Below, piece after piece: positions 9,272-19,601 of a stretch of 59,097 nt of DNA. Below the pieces are notes generated by a model that was given only the letters and a program-made list of their open reading frames with translations, ran no database searches and was not told the origin of the DNA. The stretch comes from Gemmatimonadota bacterium (GTDB lineage Bacteria > Gemmatimonadota > Gemmatimonadetes > Palauibacterales > Palauibacteraceae). The stretch lies in NCBI GenBank assembly GCA_048060725.1, contig JBGMQU010000001.1, positions 55,996 through 115,092 of the forward strand, given 5' to 3'. Every line of letters begins with the position of its first letter. Position 1 is the stretch's first letter. Position numbers and translations under genes: made by a program.

Positions 9272-9687
9272 TCGACCGAGTGCTCGTCGACGTACTCGAC
9301 GGACGCGGCCACCAGCTTCTCGAGCACGTCCAGGTCGATGTCTTCGAGGTTCTTGATGTAGAGGCAGGACTTGCCGGTCGTGTACTTCCCGAGCCTCTCG
9401 TATAGCTCCTGGTTTTTCCCCGTCCCGGCCATCATGTAGAGCGTGAGCGCATGCTTGCGTGGGGAGAACCCTGCCTGGAACCAGTCCCCCTCACGTCCGC
9501 TGGCATACTTGTAATGGTAGCTACCGAACCCGACGATCGACCCGCCCCACATCGTGGGCCCCAGGCCAGTCACCCGTTTCATCAGATCGAGAATCACCCT
9601 CGCGTCCTCGCGCCGTTTCTCGTTTTCCACGCCGTCGAGAAAGGCATCGACGTCCGCATCGTTCTGCCGAGTCTTCAATTCCGCCAT
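9268..9687 (-). CDS. DUF1801 domain protein
   Basis: MWGGSIVGFGSYHYKYASGREGDW, GFSPRK, LGKYTTGKSCLY. Confidence 0.9.
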   Translation of the reverse strand: MAELKTRQNDADVDAFLDGVENEKRREDARVILDLMKRVTGLGPTMWGGSIVGFGSYHYKYASGREGDWFQAGFSPRKHALTLYMMAGTGKNQELYERLGKYTTGKSCLYIKNLEDIDLDVLEKLVAASVEYVDEHSVE

Positions 9688-9729
9688 CTCGTATCCTCCG
9701 GTCTCTCGCGTCGGCGCGCGCTGGACGCC

Positions 9730-11022
9730 CTACTCGCCGCCCGCCATCGAGTCCATGAACTCCTCATTGTTCTCGGTCCGGTTCAACCGCTCGATCATGA
9801 ACTGGATCGCCTCGGTCGTGGTCATATCCGACAGGAAGTTTCGCAACAGGTACATGCGGTTCAGTTCCACGTCGGTGAGCAGCAATTCTTCCTTGCGCGT
9901 GCTCGATCGGCCCAGGTCGACCGCGGGGTAGATCCGCTTGTCGGCGATCTGGCGGTCGAGCAGGACCTCGCTGTTGCCGGTCCCCTTGAATTCTTCGAAG
10001 ATGACCTCGTCCATCCGGCTACCCGTCTCGATCAGTGCCGTAGCGATGATCGTCAGGCTTCCGCCCTCCTCGATATTGCGCGCGGCGCCGAAGAAGCGCT
10101 TCGGCTTGTGGAGCGCGTTCGCGTCGACGCCTCCGGAGAGGATCTTCCCGGAGTGCGGGACGGTCGTGTTGTATGCACGGGCGAGGCGGGTGATCGAGTC
10201 GAGCAGGATCACGACGTCGTGCTTGTACTCGACGAGACGCTTGGCCTTCTCGAGTACCATCTCGGCCACCTGGGTGTGACGGTCGGCCGGCTCATCGAAC
10301 GTAGAGGAGATGATCTCCGCCGGGACGTTTTCCTCCATGTCGGTGACTTCCTCGGGCCGCTCGTCGATGAGCAGCACGATCACGGTCACGTCCGGCTGGT
10401 TCTCGATGATCGCGTTCGCGATCTTCTGGAGGATGATCGTCTTCCCGGCCTTCGGCGGCGAAACAATCAGGCTCCGCTGGCCCCGCCCGATCGGCGCGAT
10501 CAGATCGAGAATCCGCATCGACACGTCGCCGTCCGACGTCTCGAGATGGAGCTTGTCCTCAGGATACCGCGGTCGAAGATTGTCGAATGCGATCCGGTGC
10601 TTCGCCTTCTCGGGATCGTCGTCATTCACCGTCTCGACCTTGAGCAGCGCCAGATACCGCTCGCCCTCCTTGGGCGGCCGTACCTGACCCTGGACCGTAT
10701 CGCCCGTGCGCATGTCGAAGCGCTTGATCTGTGACGGGGACACGTAGATGTCGTCGGGGCCGTAGAGGTAGTTCCAGTCCTGGCTACGGAGGAAGCCGTA
10801 GCCTTCCGGCAGGATCTCGAGGACACCCTCGCCTCGAAGCACCGTATCGCCATCGAGAAGATTCTGCTCGATGCGAAAGATCAGATCCTGTTTTCGGAGG
10901 CCGGAAAAGTTGGCCAGGTCGAGGTCTTCGGCCAACTCGTGAAGTTCGCCGATGGATTTCGATTTTAGTTCGGCGATGTCCACTGCGGTCTGCTCCCGTG
11001 AAGGGTGGATGTGGGTCGACAC
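9730..11022 (-). CDS. rho: Transcription termination factor Rho
   Basis: [57 protein letters not shown]. Start may be GTG 10983. Confidence 0.99.
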   Translation of the reverse strand: MSTHIHPSREQTAVDIAELKSKSIGELHELAEDLDLANFSGLRKQDLIFRIEQNLLDGDTVLRGEGVLEILPEGYGFLRSQDWNYLYGPDDIYVSPSQIKRFDMRTGDTVQGQVRPPKEGERYLALLKVETVNDDDPEKAKHRIAFDNLRPRYPEDKLHLETSDGDVSMRILDLIAPIGRGQRSLIVSPPKAGKTIILQKIANAIIENQPDVTVIVLLIDERPEEVTDMEENVPAEIISSTFDEPADRHTQVAEMVLEKAKRLVEYKHDVVILLDSITRLARAYNTTVPHSGKILSGGVDANALHKPKRFFGAARNIEEGGSLTIIATALIETGSRMDEVIFEEFKGTGNSEVLLDRQIADKRIYPAVDLGRSSTRKEELLLTDVELNRMYLLRNFLSDMTTTEAIQFMIERLNRTENNEEFMDSMAGGE

Positions 11023-11214
11023 CGGTCATGAGGATCGGGTCGGGTGGTGTAATTCAAGACGGTGAATAGAATCGGGCTATGCCTGTCGGGTTTCGCGGCT
11101 TCGACTGGCTGGTAGAAAAAGCTGCTTCTGGCAGTGCGGTTGGGTTGGACGGGGCGAGCATAACGGCTGCCACCAATACGGTCAAGAACGAATGAAGGGG
11201 TACAAAGAAGACAC

Positions 11215-11571
11215 ATGGCGCGACACAATCGCGAAGGACGCGGGCTCGATCAGCTGGGAAATCTGTGGCGGATCAGTTTTCAACCCGATTGGTTGAAGCA
11301 GGTGAAAGTCTCGCGCCAGCTTCCGGACGGACGCCGGCGGTCGTCGCTCACCATATTTCGGAACCCGGCCCGCGCGGCTCAGGGAGATGCCGGCCGCTCC
11401 ATCCGTACCCGCATCACGTCGGCGGACGGAAAGATCGACTTCGAGATCGCGCTGGAGGATCGCGATCTGGTCGTCGACCATGTCGTCCTCGGAATAAGGA
11501 GAAAGAAGGGGAGGAAAACGGAGCTGGTGAAGTTCATGATCCAGGGCGGCCTGCCCCGGCCGAAACGCTAG
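11215..11571 (+). CDS. Hypothetical protein
   Basis: 118 aa, divergent from rho, purine-rich upstream region, protein-like sequence. Confidence 0.7.
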   Translation: MARHNREGRGLDQLGNLWRISFQPDWLKQVKVSRQLPDGRRRSSLTIFRNPARAAQGDAGRSIRTRITSADGKIDFEIALEDRDLVVDHVVLGIRRKKGRKTELVKFMIQGGLPRPKR

Positions 11572-12527
11572 AAGACCTTCACCTTCAGCCAGCGCTCCGG
11601 ATATTTCGCGAACTCGACGGTCGCCGAGTCGAGGCGAGACCGCAGCAACGCGATCTGACGCGCGAGCGTACCGTCCTGGAGCGCCCTGCCCGCAGTCCCT
11701 TCTCCGGCGTCGAGCCGCTCTGCCAGGGCCGTGAGCCGGTCGTGAAACGTGGTCAGCGCCGCGGCGGTTTGCCTCATGCTCTCCGCTGCGTGCGTGCGAG
11801 TTCTCAGCGTGTCGAGTACGGTGAGCCGGTAGCGGATGCGCGCGAGGCGCGCCTCGACGATGGTGTCCCTGGCGAATCGGCCGATCGTACCGGTCTCGTA
11901 GTGTTCGGACACGAGACGCCTGACCTCGGACAACCGCTCCCCGGCCTCCCGAAGCACATCGGGGTCGTCTCGAAGGGCCCCGAGGGTTCCGCCCCCCCGC
12001 TGGATGGCTGTCGCGACCCTTCGGGCCTCCCCGCGGAGCCTGTCGCCGGACGCACGTAGTGTTTCGCCCATCTCCAGTAGCGCTTCGGGGCTGAGGGCCT
12101 GGTCTTCCGCCCGCAACGGCAGGTCGAAGTCTCTGGGCGGCTGGTCGGCGGACCCCGGGTGGATGAACAGGACGACCGGTGCCAGGAGCGCACCCGGCTG
12201 GATCGTGACGGCCGCGTCGGCCCGAACGAACGTCTCGACGCCTCGCTCGAGCACGGCGCGGATCATCACCCGATCGCGCCCATCGGTGGGTTCGCGGAAC
12301 TCGACGCTGACGACGCGTCCGACGCTCCGTCCCGCAACCCACACGTCGGTGCCCGGCTGTACCCCCGGCGCGAATCGAGTGGTGACCGTAATCATCGGGC
12401 CCTCCCTGGAGGCCCGGACCAACTCGTCGACGAAGAACACGGCGAGCGAGACGGCAGTCACGAGCGTGATGAGGAGCGCCCCAATACGGGCACGGTGCAA
12501 CTCGCGGTCATCGTACGTCTTCGTCAT
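11568..12527 (-). CDS. MlaD/MCE family protein
   Basis: N-terminal TM helix; GVQPGTDVWVAGRSVGRV MCE motif; helical tail with GTLG repeats; PERWLKVKVF end. Confidence 0.85.
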   Translation of the reverse strand: MTKTYDDRELHRARIGALLITLVTAVSLAVFFVDELVRASREGPMITVTTRFAPGVQPGTDVWVAGRSVGRVVSVEFREPTDGRDRVMIRAVLERGVETFVRADAAVTIQPGALLAPVVLFIHPGSADQPPRDFDLPLRAEDQALSPEALLEMGETLRASGDRLRGEARRVATAIQRGGGTLGALRDDPDVLREAGERLSEVRRLVSEHYETGTIGRFARDTIVEARLARIRYRLTVLDTLRTRTHAAESMRQTAAALTTFHDRLTALAERLDAGEGTAGRALQDGTLARQIALLRSRLDSATVEFAKYPERWLKVKVF

Positions 12528-12774
12528 TCGCTCCCCCGCGCGAGGAGGACCCCCTCCACGCTTCCGTCATTCTCGGGCCCGGTCGGTGTCGTGTCCAGCA
12601 CCGTCGTCTGCCCGTCAGTCATGGGACGGGCGAACGGCGGCCACGAGTACGACAAGCCGAGACCGACCAGTTCTCGAAGTGGTCGGCCCGGGGTACGGCG
12701 AATGGTGCCCGCCCCGGATTCTGTTGCACGACCCGGCACGGCCGGGGATGGAAACTCTCAGGAAAGGACTGGAC

Positions 12775-13140
12775 ATGTCGCGTACGGTGAACCGGGTGAT
12801 CCTGGTCGGGAACACGGGCAGCGATCCCGATCTGGGCGAGACCGCGAACGGAACGGCGGTGGCGCACGTTTCGCTGGCCACGAATCGGTTGTTCCGACGC
12901 AACGGCGAGTCGCAGGAGCGGACGGACTGGCACCGGCTGACCTTCTGGGGCCGGGCGGCGGAGACCGTCGACAAATTCGTCGAGAAGGGCAATCGGCTTT
13001 ATGTGGAGGGCCACCTCGAATACGGTTCGTTCGATCGCGACGGGGTGGCCATCCCGACGGTCGACGTCGTCGTCGAGAATTTCGTCATGCTGGACCCGAA
13101 GGGTGATCTGGCCGAAGAGCCCGAACTCGCCGCCGTCTGA
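12775..13140 (+). CDS. ssb: Single-stranded DNA-binding protein, short form
   Basis: VNRVILVGN, TDWH, KGNRLYVEG; SD-like GGAAAGGA upstream. Confidence 0.93.
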   Translation: MSRTVNRVILVGNTGSDPDLGETANGTAVAHVSLATNRLFRRNGESQERTDWHRLTFWGRAAETVDKFVEKGNRLYVEGHLEYGSFDRDGVAIPTVDVVVENFVMLDPKGDLAEEPELAAV

Positions 13141-13318
13141 TCGTCGGCTGTGGCCCGACCGGCCGGGGTCTACGCCGCTTGCGGCGGCCCCGCCGGTGTG
13201 GGTCGTGGGCGAGGCCGGTGCCGCGGGACGCCACACTAGAGTCCGCGGCAGTTCCTCTGCATCTTCCGTTGTCAGGACGGTGAAGCGACCACCCATCTTC
13301 CCGGTTCATCGGGGGCGC

Positions 13319-13861
13319 ATGCCTCAGCAGACACAGGACGCGGGCTTTCTCACGCTATCGAACCTGCTCTCGCTCGGGCGGATCCCGCTCGGTGTGGCGT
13401 TCGTCGCCGTCTCGGACCCGAACCTCATGGCCGGGCTGTTGTTCGCTGCGGCGGCGACGGATGCGCTCGATGGGTTCATCGCCCGGGTGAGTGGCACGGT
13501 ATCGCATATTGGCCTCCTCCTCGACCCGCTTTGTGACAAGCTGTTCGTGCTGTTCGCACTCGGAGGGTTCCTGGCGCGCGCCGAGTTGAGCCTCGCGGGG
13601 TTCGTGATTCTGATCCTCAGGGACCTCTTTACGGCCGGGTCGTATCTGATCGGACGCCTCGTCGGCGTGGTGATCCCGTTTCGGCCCCGTTGGGCCGGCA
13701 AGATCGCCACGGGTCTGCAGCTATTGACGCTGCTCGCCCTGATCTTCGAGCCCCGATATGTTCCGCTGCTCGTGCCCGTGGTCGGCGTGGTTTCGGTCTA
13801 CTCGATCATCGATTATGGCAACCGGGCTCTCAAGCGATCGTGGGATGGTCAGACGGCATGA
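13319..13861 (+). CDS. CDP-alcohol phosphatidyltransferase (PgsA-like)
   Basis: TDALDGFIAR...GLLLDPLCDK signature; GKIAT. Confidence 0.92.
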   Translation: MPQQTQDAGFLTLSNLLSLGRIPLGVAFVAVSDPNLMAGLLFAAAATDALDGFIARVSGTVSHIGLLLDPLCDKLFVLFALGGFLARAELSLAGFVILILRDLFTAGSYLIGRLVGVVIPFRPRWAGKIATGLQLLTLLALIFEPRYVPLLVPVVGVVSVYSIIDYGNRALKRSWDGQTA

Positions 13862-13917
13862 ACTCTTCAAGAGCGAGCGCCGCAGTGTGTGGTGGCGGCT
13901 GACGAGGTGACGGCGGT

Positions 13918-14919
13918 TTGAGTTCGGAAATCACGGACATCACGATCATCGGCGGGGGTCCGACGGGACTCTACGGCCTGTTCTACGCCGGAATGCGCGG
14001 GGTCTCCGCGCGGATTATCGACGTCCTGCCGGAGCTCGGCGGCCAGTTGACTGCGCTCTACCCCGAGAAGGACATCTTCGATGTGGCCGGATTCCCCCGG
14101 ATTCTCGCGAAAGATCTTGCCCGAGATCTCATCGAACAGGCTCTGCAGTTCGACGCCGAAGTCTGCCTCGAACGGCGGGTCAACTCGCTGAACCCCACCG
14201 GCGGCGTGTTCGAGCTCGAGACCGACGAGGGGGTGCTGCCGACACGATCCGTCGTGATCGCCGCGGGGAAGGGCGCCTTCAAGAGCCGTACGCTCAAGGT
14301 GGACCGGTGGGAGGAGTTCTGGAAGCGCGGGATCGTGACCCACGTGAAGGACCCCGAGGCGTTTCGAGACCGCCGCGTCCTGATCGTCGGAGGAGGCGAC
14401 TCCGCGTTCGACTGGAGCTGGGCGCTTCGGCACTACGCGAGCAAACTTACGCATATTCACCGGTCCGACCGGTTCCGCGCTCATGAGCGGACGGTCGAGC
14501 AGGTCGCGGGGGCCCACGAACGCGGCGAGTTGAGGTTGAGGACGTTCCACGAGGTGGGCGAAATCCACGGCGCGGATCGGATCGAAGGGGTTACTCTCGT
14601 CCAGACCAAGACGAAGGAGACCGAGCACCTCGAAGTCGACGACATTCTGGCGTTGATCGGGTTCGTGCCGAACATCGGCCCGATCGCCGAGTGGGGACTG
14701 GAGCTCGAGGGCAACGTGATCCGGGTCGACTCGCGCATGCGGACCAACATCCCCGGCGTGTACGCCGCAGGCGATATCGTGACGTATGAAGGTGCACTCG
14801 AACTGATCTCTACGGGATTCGGGGAGGCCGCGATCGCCGTGAACAACGCGGTGCATTTCATCGATCCGGATGCAAAAGTCGACCCGGGCCACTCTACGAG
14901 TTCGAAAGCTTTCAAGTAG
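13918..14919 (+). CDS. Ferredoxin-NADP(+) reductase / TrxB-like FAD oxidoreductase
   Basis: IGGGPTG, GGQLTALYPEK, GGGDSAFDW (no CxxC), YAAGDI. TTG start. Confidence 0.9.
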   Translation: MSSEITDITIIGGGPTGLYGLFYAGMRGVSARIIDVLPELGGQLTALYPEKDIFDVAGFPRILAKDLARDLIEQALQFDAEVCLERRVNSLNPTGGVFELETDEGVLPTRSVVIAAGKGAFKSRTLKVDRWEEFWKRGIVTHVKDPEAFRDRRVLIVGGGDSAFDWSWALRHYASKLTHIHRSDRFRAHERTVEQVAGAHERGELRLRTFHEVGEIHGADRIEGVTLVQTKTKETEHLEVDDILALIGFVPNIGPIAEWGLELEGNVIRVDSRMRTNIPGVYAAGDIVTYEGALELISTGFGEAAIAVNNAVHFIDPDAKVDPGHSTSSKAFK

Positions 14920-14966
14920 GAGGCTGAGCAGCCTCCCTGGCGTTCACAGCGTAAAGGCATCACCCG

Positions 14967-16091
14967 ATGTTCCGGCTTCTGCACCTCGCCGACGTTCACC
15001 TCGATGCTCCGTTCGGAGGGTTCGGGCGAGATGCGGACAGCCGTCGCGCCGAGGTGCTCGATGCCTTCCGCGCGATCTCCGACACCGCGATCGACCAATC
15101 GGTCGACGCGGTTCTCATTGCCGGTGATCTCTTCGACGGACCGCGTCCGGCCGAGACGACCGTCATTGCAGTTCGAGAAACCATCCGCCGACTGGTCGAG
15201 CGTGACATCGCGGTTTTCGCGGTGCCTGGAAATCACGACGCTCGCGCGCTGAATCCCTCACTGTACGCCGACGCACTCGATGGCGCGGTCGTCTTTCTCG
15301 AACCGCGTTTCGGCGAACCCGCCCGCGTGGCATGCGAGGCGGGTGATCTGCTCGTTTACGGGGTGGCGTATGACGCGGCGGAGGAACCCGATCCGCTCTC
15401 CACGTTCGAAGCGGGCCGGCTGGGGTCGCCGGACGGGGCGCACGTCGTTCTCCTCCACGGGTCGGTGCCGGGTGCTCCTCATTGGGATGGCGGCAGTTCG
15501 TTGCCGCTCACCTGGGACGCGCTCAGGTCGCTCGAGGTCGACTACGTGGCCCTCGGCGATCTCCATCGATTCCGTCCCCCTGAAGAGATGGAGGGGCTCG
15601 CCGCGTGCTATCCGGGCTCGTTTGCCGCGGTTGACCTGACCGAAGCGGAGCTTCACGGTCCGGTACTTGTCGAACTCGTCCCCCGGCTGTCCCCCACCAT
15701 CGAGCGTCTCTCGAGTGGTGTACGTGAGGTCGGCCCATCGACCGCGATCAACGTCGCCGACTGCCTGACTGATTTCGAAGTCTACGACGAGGCTGTCCAG
15801 GTGCTTCCGCCGGAGATGTACCCGTCGATCGATCTTGAAGGCGAACCCTCCTACCCGCTCGATCCGGAGGCTGTACGTGTGATGCTCGAAGAGCGCTTCG
15901 GCGCTGTGGCCCTCCGAGATCGCAGCCATTTCTTCGACGTGCACCGGTTGGAAGAACTCGCCGCCGGGAGCACGATCGCGGGGCACGTCGTCCGCATCGG
16001 TCTTGCCCGCATCGAGGGGGCACTCGACGACGCCGAGCGCACATCGCTCGAGCAGGGGCTTCGCATCGCGCTTCGCGTGATGGAGGTCTGA
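14967..16091 (+). CDS. Mre11/SbcD-like (YhaO-type) metallophosphoesterase nuclease
   Basis: HLADVHL, AGDLFD, GNHD, LLHG, ALGDLH, YPGS. Confidence 0.9.
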   Translation: MFRLLHLADVHLDAPFGGFGRDADSRRAEVLDAFRAISDTAIDQSVDAVLIAGDLFDGPRPAETTVIAVRETIRRLVERDIAVFAVPGNHDARALNPSLYADALDGAVVFLEPRFGEPARVACEAGDLLVYGVAYDAAEEPDPLSTFEAGRLGSPDGAHVVLLHGSVPGAPHWDGGSSLPLTWDALRSLEVDYVALGDLHRFRPPEEMEGLAACYPGSFAAVDLTEAELHGPVLVELVPRLSPTIERLSSGVREVGPSTAINVADCLTDFEVYDEAVQVLPPEMYPSIDLEGEPSYPLDPEAVRVMLEERFGAVALRDRSHFFDVHRLEELAAGSTIAGHVVRIGLARIEGALDDAERTSLEQGLRIALRVMEV

Positions 16092-17888
16092 TGACGGTAG
16101 AACCGATCGCGCCGGGAACGTCGCGGCGCCGCAAAGCCGGTCAGTTGGAGCGGCTGACCGCCGACATTGAAGCGCTCGAGATTCGCGTTGCCGAAGTTCG
16201 CGTTTCGGAGGAGCGACGCGCTCCGCTCGTACGAGCGAGAGAAGAGTGCGTCGTCGTGCTTACGCGGCTCGGCGAGGAGACGGAACGGCTCGAGACGGCG
16301 TTCGAGACTCTATCGGAGGGACGTCGCCGCGACACCGAGATCGAGGCGGTGCGGGCCAGGGTTCGAGGCCTCGAGCGCGCCGAGCATGAACTCGACGAGG
16401 CGCTGGCGGGGTTCAACCTCATCGTCGCGCGTGAGGGCGCTCTCGCCGCGTTGTACCCGCCGGATTTTGCCGAGCGGGCCCGCGCACTCGAGGAAGGTCT
16501 CTGGCCGCGCCGTGCTGACGTTCGTGAGGAATCGGCGCGCCTCCTCGAGGAAAGCGGGCGCGATGAGCCGGCCATGCCTCCGCGCGCACAGTTTGGCGTG
16601 GCTGCCGCGGCCGTACTCGCCGGCGGGGCTCTGGCCGTGACCGGCACGACGCTCATCGGGTTCGTGGGGCTGGTCGTCGGTCTGGTCGGCGGCGCGCTGT
16701 TGTACACACGACGGCGCGGGGCGCAGGTACGGGCCACGTTCAGGGCGAACCGACTCGGGGATCTGGCCGGGGAAGGATTCGATCTCGACGGGCGGATCGC
16801 ACGGTTGACCGCCGATGTCCCGGACGGGTCGACCCTCGAGCCCGAGACTCTGTCTGCGGCGCGCCGCGAGTTCGAGCGTGAGGAGGCGGACAGACGTCTG
16901 CGCGATGAGAGCGAACGGGCCCTCCGGCAGGCGATGGACGCGGCAACGCGAGCGATTCGGTTCCACGAAGACGGCAAGGACGAGCCCGCCGGCGAGTCGG
17001 AGTCGCACGGCGAGGAGAAGGGTCTGACCGACCGCGGGCGTGTCCGGCTGCGGGCCCTCCAGGAGGCGATCGCGACCGAACGGGACGATCATATGGCGCC
17101 ACTACGGCTCCGGCTCAACGAGATCGCGCGCGCGGTTCGATCTGCCCGACGACGTCGATCCGGACCTCGAGAGGGTCAGGATCGCGCGCCGTGCCCGCCT
17201 CGACCAGGCGAGGGAAATCCAGGCGAAACTCACCGAAGTCGAGCGCGACCTGGCGGTGGGTGGCCGCGTGACCGCGAGTGTTCCGTCGCTTGAACGGGAG
17301 TTGGCGAACCGGCGCGATCAGGCCGCCGTCGTGCGGGCGAGGGCGGAAGGCTACCGTCACGCGTATGCGATCGTGAATGACGCGTACGAGAATTTCAAAA
17401 CGACCGACGAGGAACGCCTGCTGGACGCGATCTCGGGTCACCTTGAAGCCCTCTCGGGCGGAACGCTGGGGCCCATCGAAGCCGAACATGGTCTGGACGA
17501 GGCCACGATCCGCTCGGGTGACCGGGCACTTCCCCTTACGTCTCCACCACTCAGCTATGGGCAGCTGCATGTGGCTCTTCTCTCGGTACGGCTGGGAGCG
17601 GCCGACTTCCTCGCCGGCCTCGGCGTCGGGCTGCCTTTGCTCATCGACGACCCGTTCGTCCATCTCGACGAGCGAAGTGTGGCCGACCTCTGGGCCGTGT
17701 TGCAGCGAATCTCCGAAGACCGTCAGGTCATCGTGGCGACTCAAGACCGACTTGTCCTCGACCACCTGGGGGTTTCGCCCGATCTCGAGCTGCTGGGTTC
17801 CGAGGCCGTAACCGGGACGAGCGCCGCGCCGGATGCCAGTCGGGTCGAGGACGGAATCCTCGACCTCTGGAGCGATCCCGCGGACTAG
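16091..17888 (+). pseudogene. Rad50/SbcC/YhaN-like coiled-coil protein, frameshifted near 17125-17134, no Walker A
   Basis: ORF 16091-17293 has coiled coil plus a TM hairpin. ORF 17040-17888 carries LSYGQ (ABC signature-like) and LLIDDPFVHLD (Walker B/D-loop). One extra CG in the (CG)5 tract joins them. Confidence 0.75.
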
Positions 17889-17903
17889 CAGGTTCGTACG
17901 ATA

Positions 17904-19043
17904 TCAGCCCTGCGGCGCGAGGAACGTCTCGATCTGCTGCCAGTTGTTCTCCGCGTCGGTCTCGCCGAGCTCGATCAACTCGGTGATATAGGCGCTGTCG
18001 AACAGAAGATAGCTCAGGAGATCGGCACTCCTCGTTTCAGAGGAGCCGAGGCCTCGCACGAGAAACCGCATCGCTCGAGGCAATCGCTCCTCGAACCCAG
18101 TGGCGATCAGTCCGATATCGCGCGAAGGGCGCTGGATCAGCAGGTCGACGTGTCGGAGTCCTTCGCCGGCCCGGGCCTCGGGCGTCAGACCCTCGAGAAG
18201 ACGGTTGATCCGGCGCAGGTTCGCGGCATCCCAATCGAGCGTGTCGAGGAACGCGGAGTTGAGCAGGATCCCCAGGACCCGTGCGGCGGGCGGATACCCG
18301 ACGTGCTCGGGTTGGCGAGCTTCGGGCTCGGAACGTCGGTACCGAGCCGAGATCGCGAGGATCCGGTTCGCCCCGAGCTCGATCGCCGGCCCCAGCGGGG
18401 CGGTCGATCGGAAGCTCCCGTCGCCGTAATACTGCTGTCCGATCTTGATCGCCGGAAACAGCAACGGAATGGCTGCCGACGCCATGATGTGGTCGACCGT
18501 CAGAGTCGCCCGGACCACTCGGTGATGCGCGCTCGATGGAGCGGTGCGCATCACCGCCGTACCCTCGACGAAGAGAACGGACCGTCCCGTCTGGTACGAG
18601 ACGGTCGTGAGCGCCACGGCCTCGAGGTCACCGCTCTCTAGTCGCTCGCGAATGGCACCCGGCGCCATGCTGCGCGCCAGGAATTCGTGGAGTGGCGACG
18701 TGTCGATCAAACTTCGGATCTTCGGGGCGAGGCGTGATCCTCCACCGATCAGGGCCGTTCCCACGCGCAGCCCGTTGAAGAAGAGCGACGAGGGGTTCGC
18801 CTTGAAGACCTCTTCACTGGAAAGCGAGAGCCAACGGCGACGGAGCGCCTTCGTGGCTTCGCCAAACGAACCGCGATAGGACGCGAGAAATCCGGTGTTG
18901 ATCGCGCCGGCCGAAACACCCGAGAGAATCGGTACGTGCAGGCGCGGACATCGACGCCCGATGTGGCACAGAACACCGGTCTGGTACGCGGCGCGTGCGC
19001 CCCCGCCCGAGAGCATGAACCCCATCTTTCCGGGGTCATTCAC
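17904..19043 (-). CDS. Patatin-like phospholipase
   Basis: LSGGGARAAYQ, GVSAG nucleophile, DGS. Start GTG 19043 or ATG 19025. Confidence 0.92.
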   Translation of the reverse strand: MNDPGKMGFMLSGGGARAAYQTGVLCHIGRRCPRLHVPILSGVSAGAINTGFLASYRGSFGEATKALRRRWLSLSSEEVFKANPSSLFFNGLRVGTALIGGGSRLAPKIRSLIDTSPLHEFLARSMAPGAIRERLESGDLEAVALTTVSYQTGRSVLFVEGTAVMRTAPSSAHHRVVRATLTVDHIMASAAIPLLFPAIKIGQQYYGDGSFRSTAPLGPAIELGANRILAISARYRRSEPEARQPEHVGYPPAARVLGILLNSAFLDTLDWDAANLRRINRLLEGLTPEARAGEGLRHVDLLIQRPSRDIGLIATGFEERLPRAMRFLVRGLGSSETRSADLLSYLLFDSAYITELIELGETDAENNWQQIETFLAPQG

Positions 19044-19072
19044 GCGGGAAGCCGGATCGTGTACCTGGTCGT

Positions 19073-19582
19073 TCAGAACGGGCCGGCGGCCTCGGTCGAG
19101 GAGAGCAGGCCCGCATGCCACGATTCTCCCGCAGGGCGCTCGAATTCGCCGCCCCGCAGCGCACCGAGCGTTTGGATCGTGGGGTCGAAGACTCGTGTGG
19201 CAGCGTCGATTTCGCCCTGTTCGGACCGGTTTTTGAACTCGGATCGTTCACAGGAGACGATATCTCCGCTCCGTCCTCGATACCAGACGAGGGCGCCGTC
19301 GAGCAGCTTCACATCCAGCTCGCGCTCCAACTCCCCGAGCCGGCGGGTCATCGCATCGATCGAACAGCCCGAGGCCCCGCGAAGGCTCTCGTCGACGGCG
19401 ATGACGAGGAACCTGTCCAACACGATGTCGTGGGCAGCCAGGAGTTGTGAACCGTGGGCGGCCCAGGAGCGGATGAACGTGCTCAAGTGAGCATCAAGGG
19501 CCGTTCGCTGCGTGTCGGTGAGTCGCTCGGTCGCCCCGAACACCCACACCCGCGCATGGTCGGGGAGAGCGGTGATCGTCAT
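19073..19582 (-). CDS. Conserved hypothetical protein
   Basis: LPDHARVWVF...WAAHG...SGCSID pattern, recalled from an uncharacterised family common in Bacteroidota. No P-loop. Confidence 0.75.
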   Translation of the reverse strand: MTITALPDHARVWVFGATERLTDTQRTALDAHLSTFIRSWAAHGSQLLAAHDIVLDRFLVIAVDESLRGASGCSIDAMTRRLGELERELDVKLLDGALVWYRGRSGDIVSCERSEFKNRSEQGEIDAATRVFDPTIQTLGALRGGEFERPAGESWHAGLLSSTEAAGPF

Positions 19583-19601
19583 GGGTGTGCAGTCACTCCT
19601 C

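Noticed and set aside
12751-12770. AAACTCTCAGGAAAGGAC resembles the glycine riboswitch 3' core
   Set aside because: The upstream GGAGA and CCGAAG elements are absent, and the downstream gene is ssb; the sequence doubles as the ribosome-binding site.
13219-13250. TGCCGCGG...CCGCGGCA hairpin with CTAG in the loop as a REP element
   Set aside because: Single copy in the window; GC-rich stems arise easily by chance.
14919-14936. GGAGGCT-gagc-AGCCTCC hairpin as an intrinsic terminator
   Set aside because: No U-tract on either strand, and the next gene starts 30 nt later on the same strand.
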